A stretch of DNA of 64,000 bases from assembly GCF_009914755.1 (NCBI RefSeq), contig NC_060938.1. One strand, 5' to 3'. The first letter of the stretch is position 1, and each line of letters begins with the position of its first letter. The notes below the pieces were generated by a model, which saw only the letters and a list, made by a program, of their open reading frames with translations, was not told the DNA's origin and did no database searches. Source of the stretch: the human T2T-CHM13v2.0 reference genome, Homo sapiens. This document shows, in pieces, positions 52,091 through 64,000 of the stretch. The translations under genes and the position numbers were made by a program.

Positions 52091-55000
52091 CATTTTTGTA
52101 GTCATTAGAAGAGGCGAGCCTTGAACGACTAGCCTCTGTTGAAAATTACAAACAAGAGAGTGGCCTACATTTGCAAACAGTGAGCATAGCCACCCATTCC
52201 TGTTAGGGTCAGCAACTGACCCTCCCTTCCCCCGCCTTCACTTTTTTTTCTTTAGCTGCAGGAGTTGAGACATGTGGCTCACCAGGCTACCTCAGTGAGT
52301 TAAAGCTTTAAATAAATACACACTCAAAACGGCTATCACATCACTGCCCCCATGACTGCCACAAGCCCCTCCCGACCTGGGAACGTCTCTTCCTCCCTCT
52401 CCCTTTCTCTGCTGCTAGAGGCCAGGCCTTGGCTGAGCCCTGGAGAGGGTATCTCCTTTGCACGTATGCTGGTCCCAGGGGCCCTGCACAGGGCAGATGA
52501 GGGTAGTCCTGATCCTGTACAGACTCTCCTCTTCCTGGGTTTGTTAGAAGCCTGGCCAGGCCCCTAGTCTTATGACTTCAACAGATGTTTCTGCTTAAGG
52601 AGCCCTGGCATCTTTATGGCCTGTTTTTTCCATTCTTGCCTCTCTTCCTCTGTCCCAGCAGCCCTGAATGCAATTTGGACTTTATTTTCTTTCTAATGGT
52701 TACAGGGATAGAAAGGGCTTTTTCCCCCCCATTTTCAGTTTTTGGCTTTTTCATTAGCTCATCAAGCTGGGTATGTCTGTGTTAGCTCACACAGACATAT
52801 TCACACACGAACACACACATTCCATATGCATTCAGATCTGTACCCATGGTGTGTATTTCTTAATGTTGCACTGACATTTATTGCCACTTCAGACCCAGCC
52901 CATTTCAAAGCCTTCCTCCCTGCCTCCACCCCACACTTCACATTCATCCTCTGCCTAGCCTCACACAGGTCACCCTGAGCAGCCGACTGGGGTGTCACCC
53001 AGATGCTGATTCCAAAAACTAGTGCTGGCCTCGGCCTCCAGCAAGATGTGTAGAGCCTCAGTAACTCACCAGTCTGCCTCTGTGCTTCCAAGGAGTCTTG
53101 GGCTGACTGATGGAGTGAGAGCTGAGACTGCATTTGCCATGCATCTCTTCAAGCTCTGCCTGGCCAGCCAGTCTACCCAGGCTCAGGGGGCCAAGTTGAC
53201 AGCTGTTAAAAAAAAGAACCAGTTTTCCATGAGCAGGCTTGAAACCAGTCTGGCCACCCCTTGGATCTACACCTGTAACTGCCCCCAGCTTGCCAGCATG
53301 GCAGGGTGTTCCCAGTCACCTCCCCCGCAGCGTTGGGGGTTGCCTGTCCCATCAGTCTGGTTCCCAGAGCAAAGGAAACCTGGCGATGTCAGGTCTTCAG
53401 CTTTTAGTCTATCTATGGCAAAGGTGCCTGGGGCTGGGACCTCTTTATTACCTCCTAAGCCTGAGGACTGGAACTGAACTTCTCACTGCAGGTATAAATA
53501 AATCTACCTGGAATCTTAAATGTTGATACCACCTGGCTGCCTTACCTGAAGTTAGACCCATTACCCACAAGAGGCCATCTAACCTCAAATTCTCTGTGTC
53601 TCTGCAGCCCTTCTTCCTAGGAGGGCAATGATGCCGAATCACCTGTTATGGCATTTTCATAATTCAGCTAACCATTCACTACTCTATCTGCCCATGATCC
53701 ACCCAATGCTGACCATGGGTGGCGGGGCAGAGTGGCCTCTCTAGAATGTCTCCTCTTTAACACCCTCACCATGGAGGGGCCTTTATAGATGGCCCCATGA
53801 AGTTCTCACTAGGCGACTGCTCCTACCTGAGATGGGCCAGGCAGCCATGGACCCCTCCCCTCCCCTCCGGTTCCTGCCCTGTCCAACCTCATTCTGATGG
53901 TTTGGCCTTGTGCATCTCACTAGTGACTCTTTTCTTCCCTCCTTCCTATTTAAACAAATTAAAACTCCAGTTTTTCTTCATTTATGTTTTGGTGGCTGAG
54001 GTGGAGCATCTTTTCCCCAGTGGGTTAAGAGAGGCTGGTTGGAGAAGACAGCAACAGGAGAGTGAGTTGGGTCCCCAGTGGCATAGTGACATACACAGGG
54101 ACAGTGGGAAATGGAAGCTGGAAGAAGTCCCAGAAGTAGGAGCAAGAAGAGTGACTGTCCTCCATGCTGGGTTCTGCCAGGGACTCTGGATGCGCTGAAC
54201 AACAGCCATCCTAGAGATTTGAGGACGCCTCTTCTGTTTGCTTTACTCATCACAGATTCATGAATAAAGACAAACAGGGGAGCCACCTCATTGGCTTTTC
54301 CATCTCTAAATAAATCCCTTCTGAATACACACCCCCAATGTGGATGCTATGGATGCTTCTCAAGAAACAACCATATGATGCTATGATAATCGATATCCTT
54401 CCAATGACTCAAATCAAATCAACTTGAGGAGCCTGATTGGTCTGATGCTCTTCTTCCCTGGGCCTCTGCACCTTTCCAGAGCCAGGCCCCCTGTGTGTGT
54501 GTGGCCGGTGGCGTGGGGGAGTTGCTTCTTTTCATTTTTGTGAGTGAAAATGAAAGGGTTCCCCACAACCAGCTGCAACAAGGATCTCTCACCCTGTTGC
54601 TAAGGAGTGGTGGGGTCCTGCTACCATGTGGTGCTCTGGCAGGCCTGGGGAGATCTTTAGGGATCTGGAGCAGCCACTGGATGTGCAGTCCTGAGCCCCT
54701 GGGATGTGGAAGTGATTGGCCGGCCACCTGGATGGGCCTCACAGTCCTACTGTCACTCCTCTTCTCTCCTTTCACTTCTGGATCCTGCTAGAGAAATGGA
54801 GCCCGGGGAAACTGTCTCACCACCTAGGACTGTGTGGAGCTGGGCACACACTCAGGAGGCAGGTGACTTCCAGGTAGTCAAAGAGAAGCTCACACTCCCT
54901 GTCCTCTGATAGTCCTACTCCCTGAAGGATCTGGTCAAGCCATTCCTTCCAGATGGCCGTGATACTGTGTCCCCTCAGTATTAGGAGGGGGGGAATTGAT

Positions 55001-55126
55001 GCTTTCCATGAATGAAAGCTCCTAAACCCCCTCCCCCGCAGCTAGGGCTGATGGGGAATGGCTAAACCCCAGATGTCTTCATTGCACCATAAATGTGAGC
55101 AGGGAGGTACAAAGGGGTAGGCAATG

Positions 55127-55127
<1 letters not shown>

Positions 55128-55167
<40 letters not shown>

Positions 55168-55170
55168 TGT
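55128..55170. repeat. (TG)n microsatellite
   Basis: Direct reading. Confidence 0.95.
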
Positions 55171-55254
55171 ATCAAAGAGAGGAGTCTGTCACAGGAAAAA
55201 TACTGAGTGGCCCCAAATGTTGTAAGCGTATGCACCCCAGTTTTACAATAATAA

Positions 55255-55700
55255 CAATCATAATACTAATAATTTTGCTATCATTTGTTGAGATCTTTTT
55301 CTGGGCCAGGTACGGTACTTTGCACATATTATCTCATAATTCTCAAAATCTCTGTGAGGTACAAGTATCACTATGCAACTTTTCAAATGAGAAAGCAAGC
55401 ATGGAAAAAAAGTTGGTTCAATTGCCAAAGATCATAGATCTGAGAAGTGGCAGGGCCAGGATTAGAATGCTAGAGCTCAAAGTTCTTCTGCCACGTATCA
55501 TAGAAGCGACCACTACATCGATAATGGTAACTGCCAACCCTCACTGTTCACTGGCCACATGCCAGACACATAGATTCACTTAATTCATTCTTACAAAACT
55601 CTGGATGTATTCTTATTGCCTCATTGTATAGATGAGGAAACTGAGGCACAGAGCATTTTGGCATTGATTCCCTTCGGCAAATGTGATTTGAACAGCTCCT
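55255..55700 (-). mobile_element. Two adjacent MIR fragments
   Basis: CAAATGAGAAA...TTGCCAAAGATCA...AAGTGGCAGGGCCAGGATT and CATTGTATAGATGAGGAAACTGAGGCACAGAG. Confidence 0.75.
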
Positions 55701-56029
55701 ATGTGTGTGCAGGGCACCGTGCTCTTGGCTCTGCGTGGGATATGGGACTGAGTGATACGTCATTCTTATGGTCTGAGATCAGGAAGGTCCATGGCCATGG
55801 CCATCAGAATGGGCTCAGGGTGGGATTCCAGAACTTGAAATGAGGGACCTTGCATCCTAGGGTATGCTAGAAAGTGGAACATACCAGGTCTCTAGAGAAG
55901 GAACCTAGGCACAGAAGCAAGACAGAGTCCTGTTGTCAGACTGAGGCACCAGGTCAGAACTGGGCCAGCAGCAAGGGCTGGCGGAACTGGAACTGATTTA
56001 TTCCCGCCTGCAGCATGGCCTCGAGGGCA

Positions 56030-56226
56030 GGGCTCCAGAGCTAGGCTGCTAAGTTCAGATCTTCCATTCTTTAGCTGTGAGACCGTGGGCAAGTTAATGA
56101 ACCTCTCTGGGTTTCAGTAGCCTCGTCTAGAAAACAGGAATCATAACTGCCCACCTCATGGAATTGTTCTAAGGACTAAATGAGTTAATATGTGAGAGGC
56201 TCTTGGAACAGGGCCAGGCCCATGAT
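56030..56226 (+). mobile_element. MIR
   Basis: TAGCTGTGAGACCGTGGGCAAGTTAATGAACCTCTCTG...AGGACTAAATGAGTTAATATGTG. Confidence 0.8.
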
Positions 56227-57333
56227 GGGCTCTCTGGTGGGCTCTCAAGCTCTCGCCAGCCGATGATCATTGGGCCCTTTGATGCTGAGTGGGCAGAAGC
56301 TGCAGGTAGGGGACAAGTTGTCCCAGTGGCAAACAGAAGAAAATTGTAGTAGGAACTGATTAGGGCCTGTCTCTGTAGGTGGTTTGATGGGGAGGGAGAG
56401 ATGAAATCCAATGGGACAAGAGGGAATTCACATCATTAGTATAAAAGGTTGGCAAATGGGCATGGGACCCTTCCTTCTTAGTCTCCAGAGGCCAAGATGC
56501 AGGTGCCTGGCACCTGGGCTGGCTGAAAGTGGGGAATGTATCAGGGCTGGCATTTATAGTGATGCCACTATTGTCTAATTATGGGCACAAAGAGAGGCTC
56601 CCACTGTCTGTGCAGCCCCTCAAATCACCCAGGGAAGAAATATTGGTCTATTCCCAGCATTCCCTCTGTCAACTCCCCAACCTCAGTCTCTGGCTTGGAA
56701 GAAAGACGGCTGGGAAGGGGGATGGAAGGCAGCCATGCTCTGTTGCAGTAAATCTTTCCTAGAAGAGGAGACAGCTGAGCTCATCAGCCAGTGTCGGATC
56801 AGCTCAGAAAGAATCCTTTCCAACTCCCAGAAGACCCCTCAGCGGCTTGGGAAAGGAATGGCTCACTGGGGCACTTTGTTTGTGTATGTGGGCCTGTCAG
56901 GCTGGGCAGGGGTGTCTGATGACACATTAGGACAGCTGAAAAGAGAGGTGGGACAAAAATGTTTGCCCAAGGGCAGTCTTGTGATTCCCCCACCCCCCGT
57001 GCTCCCCACCCCCACACGCCTTTGAGAGCTTGTTCCAGGACTTTTCATATGCATTTGAGACCACAATTTCCTCTCCCAGAAACCCCATTAAGCTATGAGT
57101 GAGTGAGGCGGTGGGGGAGAGAGAGAGGAAAAGGAAAAGAGAGACAGAGCAAGAGAGAGAGTTTGTGTGTGCACACACGAATACTTCTTCCCCACCCGCA
57201 TTCTTTTGCACATGTCTACCGTTATGTACATTCCTATGCCATACCCCTTGAACTCTCCATCAGGTCTTCCTCAACCATCCTCTTCAGGAAGCCTCAGGGC
57301 CTCAGAGAAAGGCAAAAGGGCCTAGACTTTGAC

Positions 57334-57585
57334 TTCCTTTTTTTTCTCTCTCTCTTAGAGACAACATTTTGCTCTGTCACCCAAGCTGAACTGAACTGGG
57401 CTCCAGAAATCCTCCCACCTCAGCCTCCTGAGCAGCTAGGACTACAGATGTGCCACCATACCCAGCTAATTTTTTAATTTTTTGTAGAGGTGGGGTCTCA
57501 TTATGTTGCCCAAGCTGATCTCAAACTCCTGGCTTCAAGAGATCCACCCACCTCAGCCTCCCAAAGCGCTAGGATTACAAGTATG
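57334..57585 (-). mobile_element. AluJ with an internal deletion
   Basis: TCCTCCCACCTCAGCCTCCTGAG...TGTAGAGGTGGGGTCTCA.TATGTTGCCCA. Flanked by AGACTTTG(A/C)C. Confidence 0.85.
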
Positions 57586-58489
57586 AGACTTTGCCATTCC
57601 AATGAGAATTTTGTCCTTAGCAATCTCATCCAATGGCCACTGGAGATGTGTGTAGGGCCACAAGAATGAGAAAGGGGGCAATGGAGTGACAGGTGACCTG
57701 CTCAGGTGCCCCTCCCCAGACCAAATGTCCCAGGCACACAGCCCATGCCCTCCACCATGGAGTACATTTTCTCCCTGGCTTGCTGCTGAGCTAAAGGACC
57801 AGGGACGTGGAAACAGGAGGTGAACTAAGGCACCCCGCCACCCACTGTGGCAGCTTGAATTTCTTGAGGCTGAGACAAACTAGGATCCAGTAGCCTAGAT
57901 TTTGCCCCAGTTTCTCCACTGAGTATTTACTCAGTGCTCCTGAGCCGATGCCTTCCCCTCTGCCTAGATGAACCACAGCATTTTGGTAAATGCCTCAGCA
58001 TGTTAGGAGCGCTGGAACGTTTATTCTCTTCCCTCCCAATTATCCACTCTAATGGAGCAGAACACTTACATGGAAAATCCTAAACATGGAAGATGATTTA
58101 AAAATGATTCACCCTGGAATACATGCTTCCAGTTGCTTCTACAGGTTTACCTTGCTAAAGGCATTTCGCTTCCTTTGCTGTTACAATAAGCTTGCCTGCC
58201 TTGAAGAAAAGAAGACCAGGGCCAAAGGGAAATCAGTCAAGGGAGCCTGTTTTGTCTGAAATAATGCATCTATGAACAAATGAATTGAGTATAACTGTCT
58301 TTTTACATCAGTGTTTCTGTGGAATTAAGAGAACATCCAAGGCCACTCCTAGCTTGAGTAGATTAAATTTGTCCTTGTGTTTGGAGCAAGGGTTGTGAAG
58401 TCTGTCTGGCCCATCAAATGACCAATGGCTTTTAAGGAAGGACTAAGTGACTTATGACCAGAACAAGGGAGCAGCCTGAATCAGTCTCC

Positions 58490-58830
58490 CCAATGTCTAC
58501 ATTGTGTTATTTATACTAGCAAAAAAATAGACACAACTAAATGTTCGACCATATGGTATTGGTTAAATTAACATCTATACGATGGAATACTAGATGGTCA
58601 TTAAAATTATGTGTCAGAAGAAGGCTTAATCTCATGGGAAAGTGTTCACACCATATTATTAAAGAGAAAAAACAGATTATAAAGCAATATGCATACAATG
58701 TAGTAGTTCTGTAAGAAAAAAGTATTATGTGCATTTTAACTGGAAAAATATGTATAAAAATGTTAACAGTGCAATCTCTGGGCAATAAGATTATACTTGA
58801 CTTTTATTTCTTTTTTGGAATTGTCTTTTT
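58490..58830 (+). mobile_element. Ancient L1 (L1ME-like) 3' fragment
   Basis: TAGCAAAAAA...AACTAAATGT...ATGGAATACTA...CATTAAAA...AAAATGTTAACAGTG. Confidence 0.65.
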
Positions 58831-60308
58831 TTTTTTTTTTCAAGTTTCCTCCCATTAACATGCATGTTCCCAAAATCAGGGGAAAAATACATTAAGAAAA
58901 AAAGATTATCTGAGAGACCAGCAGATGTGTTTCCTGTTTCTTATCCCATGTCTATTCTCCATTTTATATTGGAGATTCAAATTCTTCAGCCCTTTCCACA
59001 ACAGATACTTCTGGGGCAAGAGGCACAGAATATCTGATATCCTAAACAACACCACCAGGGTGAATTTCTCACTGACAGTAACAGCTTTGGAAAGGTTTTG
59101 TTTCTACCTGGCGCTGGGAATTAATCGTACCCAAACTTTTTTTTTTCTAATCAGTAATGAGCATCTCCAAGGGGGTCCTAGAAGGGTTCCAGGGGTTCAT
59201 GGAGGACAATTATAAACCTTGACAGCTGCTCGGTGGGTTTTCAACCATGGGGGTGATTCATCCCTTCTCGTAAGCCTTTTCATAGCACCCTACGCTCAGA
59301 GTTTTGAAAATGTGACAAAAAAGAAAGGGGCTGGGGAGAACAATGGCCCTTCTCCTTTTATGGAAGGATGATGAAGGGAATTGGGAAGAGCAAAACTAAG
59401 GGACTAAGACAATTCAGCTTTTTTTTGTCTGGCTCATAGGACCGTGTTCCCCATAGAGTAATGCCCAATGAGTGGACGAAGGGAGTAATAAATGAGTTCA
59501 TAGAAGGAAACAGCTGGGCTGCTGTAAAAGCTCCTGCAAAACAGATAGGCCTGGCACACGCCATTTCTGTCACAGGTTTTAAAGAACCTATCTAGCTTTC
59601 AGCTACTCCTCATCACCATCTCCTACAGAAGCAGAGTCAAGATCATGTCTCTTCCCATCGTAAGGAAACAGCACTGTGAATGTTCCAGCTGTCCTGAAGT
59701 CACTAATCCCGTCAGGGGCGGACATTGGCAACACACCCAGAAGGTGGTGGGGAGTGCAGCTGTCCTCCTGGCCGACTGTTCCAGCCGGTCACCTCTGCTG
59801 CTCCAAGGGTGCCACGTTACCTAATTCTGGTTCACGGTGAGATGGCGGCTTTTCTCGGCCAGCTTGTCCTTAGAAAATTCGTTCCCTTGTTGTATTGGAA
59901 AATTCCTCTTGTGCCTGTCATTGCACACATCAGGAGACCAAGGTTTCCATTTTCTCAGAAGAAATTAGCCAGCTACTGTCATTGACATGAAGCCTGTTCC
60001 TGGAATTTTTTACTCCTCCTCTTAAAGGCATATTCTGGAAGAGGCAATCTGAGAATGGGGCCCATGCTCTCCTACAGCAGAGAAATAAACTGAGGCTAGG
60101 CCAGGAGCTGTGCACCGTCTGGGGGAACCATACCCAGTGGGGAGTGGCCAGATCAGTCCCAACACTGAAATTGTTTACTGTCATCCACTCCTGGTTGTTA
60201 GGGGACATTGAGGATGACAGGATAGAGAGTAGGGAAGGAAGGACCAGCCAAGGAACATTTTCCCTATAAAATGAGACTCCCACCCTACTCCTGCCCTTGT
60301 TAAGACTT

Positions 60309-60692
60309 CATACACTATGGAATACTATGCAGCCATAAAAAGAACAAGATCGTGTCTCTTGTAGGAACATGGTTGGAGCTGGAGGCCATTATCCTTAAGA
60401 AACTAATGCAAGAACAGAAAACCAAATACCACATGTTCTTACTTGTAAGTGGGAGTTAAATGGTAAGAACTTATGAACACAAAGAAGGAAACATCAAACA
60501 CTAGGGTCTACTCATGGGTGGAGGGAGAAGAGGAGGGAGAGGAGCAGAAAAGATAACTATTGGGTACTGGGCTTAATACCTGGGTGATGAAATACTCTGT
60601 TCAGCAAACCCCTGTAACACAAGTTTACCTATGTAACAAACCTTCACATGTACCCTCCAAACCTAAAATACAAGTTAAAAAAAAAAAAAAAG
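60309..60692 (+). mobile_element. L1PA13-15-like 3' end
   Basis: ATGGAATACTATGCAGCCATAAAAAGAAC...GAGAGGAGCAGAAAAGATAACTATTGGGTACTGGGCTTAATACCTGGGTGATGAAATA...poly-A. Confidence 0.9.
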
Positions 60693-61111
60693 GACACAGA
60701 TGTAAATTGACCCTGATGGAGAAAACTCTACTCTATCCTTGCCAGGTCACAAGAAGGTGAGATATTTACTTTTCAAATGATTGATGCTGAAATGGAAAGG
60801 ACTGTATCTCGGGGGCACAAACCCAACAGAGTAAATGAAGATCCTACTGCTTCAGCTCCTGGGATTTGTTAAAGTGGGGACCAGCTTAGAAAAATAGACG
60901 GCCGTCCTAGAGACCCATGGCAGTCTCGGTCTGATTTTAAATCTAAATTCTCAAGTACAAGTAGCTTCCCAAGAAGAGAAAGCTACTTCTACATAAAGAG
61001 GTGGTATCAGTAGGAACTCCTTAAGCCTTACCTTTTTATTATTGATGATGATGAAGTGAAGCTTCCTGTTGATATCATTGTCAGACCAAGCACAGCACAC
61101 CAACTCAAACC

Positions 61112-61300
61112 TCATTCATTCATTCATTCATTCATGTGTCCTTTTAACAGACGTCTACTAGACACCTTGTGTGTCCATGAACCAAATACCATGCTTAAGA
61201 CCAAGGATTCAGAAATGTGTTAGCTGTCATTCCCCCTCCAGGAACTCTCAGCCAGGAGGAGATGTACTCAGGGAAAAGGAGAAATCACAGTATAACCATT
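61112..61300 (-). mobile_element. L2 3' end with (TCAT)n tail
   Basis: (TCAT)6 followed by antisense L2-like sequence. Confidence 0.6.
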
Positions 61301-64000
61301 GTAAAATCCTTTCTGATAAAATCGCAGAGTGTCTAATACTCCTGTTCCACATACATAAAAAGAAACTAAAGTGTAGAGAAGGGAGGAAAGTCCCGAATTT
61401 AGTGTGTAGCAGATCCAGGAGTAAAACAAGCATTCCTCGGTCTGGGGTAAATCCCACCGGGACTGTGTTGAGACCCAAATTCCTCTGAGTCCACGGGCCC
61501 CTTCAAGTCAGATGAAATTCCAAACAAGCCAGAGCCTAGCTGAACAGTTCCACGGTGCCGGGCTCCAGTGTGTTCTGGAAGGTTCTCGTGGGCTGTGCCT
61601 CCAGAAGACGGAGGCGGGGAGGAGCCCCACAGGCCCAGGGCAGTGTCAGGTTCCCCCTTTTCTGTCAGCAGGCATGGAAGAGCCTTTAAGAAAATGGAGT
61701 ATTATTATTATTTGTTTGTTTTTACAGTGACTCAGTCTGTAGTAACTGGGTTAAAGTCCGCTTTGAGAAAAGGAGAACAAAAGACCTCCTGTTAGTGCTG
61801 GAAGTTTGCCTCTTAAGATATCACTGAGAGGAACTGGGAAGAAAAAAAATCCCCAGCAGGGCAGAGGAAGCTGCAGGCCTTCAGGAACACAGCAGCACTT
61901 TGGAAAGGAAAACACGGCCGACTTTCATCTCCTGCGCCGTATCTGAGCTGGCCGCTCCCTTTGCCGCTGCTTTATGGCCCACTGCGGTGCTGACCGTCGG
62001 ACATCGGCCAGTACCCTATTCCCACACTCTTTGAACACAGGGGGCTGCCAGGAGTGGTGGTAGTGTGGGCATATCTCCATAGCCAACCAACCCCAGGCTG
62101 AGGAGGAGGGAAAGGATGTTGCCATACGAAACATACTACGTGCTGGACGTTATTCTAACATTACATATCATAACTCATTTCGTAAACACCAAGGAGGCTA
62201 GCATCCTCCTTCTCCAGCCACAGCAGAAGTTGCGCAAGGTGGAAATCTGGCCCTGCCCTGTTTAGGAAACTCATTGCAAGTAGAGGAACCGTGGGGTGAG
62301 TAGGCTCCCAAATGGGTAGGACCAGATTGCTAGGTGGTCTCTTCCAGGTTGCAGACTCAGGCCATCTGACTCTAAGACCTAAGAACTTAATCCTACTCTC
62401 TTCAAATGAAAACAGAAAGTCAGAGGAAGACAAGAAAGTTTTTCTTCTCACGACCTCCCATCAGATCAGCCCCATCTACATTAAACTTGTACCCGTGTCC
62501 TTCATCAATCAGCTCAGTGGAAATGTTATTCTCACCCTTGGCCACCCAGATCAGGAAATCGGTCTGGACCATGAGTGACATGCTGGTGTTGGCCTTCTTC
62601 ACCATAACTATAAGAAGCTGGAATGTTCCCCTCCAAGGCTATGAAAGAAGGATGGAGACAAGAAGGAAAAGACAGAAATTCTGTGAAAGTCTCAGGTCCT
62701 TCCTCCTTTCGGAACCACTTCACATAATCCTCTTCCTCCCCAGGGGCTCCCGAAAGATTAGGCTTCACTTGCAGGTCCCAGGCCCTGGTCCTGCAGAGTG
62801 GTTGGGCCTTTGGGGTCTCTCAGAGAGCCTAATCATTCTGTTTTCTGAACAAGTCATAGTTTTGCTGACTTCTGACCAAACCCCCATCGAAACCCAAGAG
62901 TGGAAGTGTGATTGTGGTCATCTATACCCTGTCCCCCTACAGGACTCCCTGTCCCACGGGATGCAGCAGGCAGGTGTGGGAAAGCCTACCTGATGGCCGA
63001 GATCATTAAGCAGCGGCCCTCTGATTTTCTGTACAGCTACTCAGTGACTTGGAAGGGATTCTTTGCACTAACAAGCAGTGCCTCCACAAACAATGAGTTG
63101 AGGGGAAAGACTCAAAAGAGGCCGATACAATGCTGTTTGGGATGTTTCTCCCTTTGGCTGGCCTCAGGGGACTGGGCCCGTCATGTAATCACTGGAGATT
63201 TAGGGCCTAATTAAACTCTGGCATTGGGCCAGCATGCTGGTGGCCCCTTGAGTTTCCCATGTCCACCCATGTCTAGGGTATTAAACTCTAGACTGGGAGT
63301 GTGTACTGCTTAACTGATCCCACAGGAGCCAGCCCTCATTATCCAACAGGCTGGGTATTGGCAGCCCACAGGGCTCGGCATTGGCAGGTGCAGTCCTGGG
63401 GAGGACTGCATGCCTTTAGGTTAACGGTCCCTACATCTGCACCCGCTGGGGCCACAGTAGAGGGCTTTGTGGATCACCTCTGCCATTGGGACCCCTGGCA
63501 TTTCCTTCCTTTCATGGCCTGATAAAACCCAAGCTCTGAGAGTTAGCAAACTGATACCCTTTAATCATGCCTTATATTTATAAAGGCCTTTGTCCAGAGA
63601 ACTCCAAGTGCTCAAAAATGTCAATTAATTCACTCTCCCAGCCTCCTTTAGGGAAAAGCTGGTGGCAGGTGTCATCATCATCACCAGAGGTGGCCAAATC
63701 ATCTTCTTAGTGGGCTGTCCTGGATATTCTTTGTGTTTAAAGAGCATTTTGCTTCTGAGCACATGGTTGGGTTTTGCACAGCCTGAAGCATAAGAATTGA
63801 GGTATTTCCTTACTTTACAGCTCTAGAGAATTCTTGTGTGTGGGTACCCGTGAAACACAAACTGAGTGCATGCTTTCTTGAGTTTGGAAATTTTGTTATT
63901 GTTTGGTCTCAGCATTTGCTGGTAGTAAATAAGTAAGCAGAAGTAAGCTGCTTAAGTTCCCATGTAGTCCAAGACAGAGCAGACAAAAGACCTGATCCCC

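Noticed and set aside
61975-62000. Full REST/RE1 site
   Set aside because: Only the TCAGCACC half matches (minus strand). The GGACAG half is absent.

Overview
This is primate, almost certainly human, non-coding genomic DNA (intergenic or inside a large intron). A consensus-like AluYg6 points to human. I found no credible protein-coding exon, RNA gene or CRISPR array. The ORF track is noise apart from Alu-derived frames and broken L1 ORF2 fragments. Much of the window is transposable-element relics: 9 near-full or rearranged Alus plus a tail remnant, L1PA/L1MC/L1ME fragments, L2, MIR, MLT1, an ERVL LTR, and hAT/Tigger elements. These are interspersed with repeat-free, locally CpG-retaining, motif-dense blocks that look like enhancers. 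The most unusual structure is a ~1.46-kb inverted duplication at 17627-19088. Its arms are ~440 bp of mostly non-repeat DNA separated by a ~270-bp spacer, and an AluS later inserted into one arm. Its breakpoints suggest an L2-guided template switch. I could not identify the locus or host gene. Repeat subfamily names come from my recall of consensus sequences, and boundaries of old elements are approximate.
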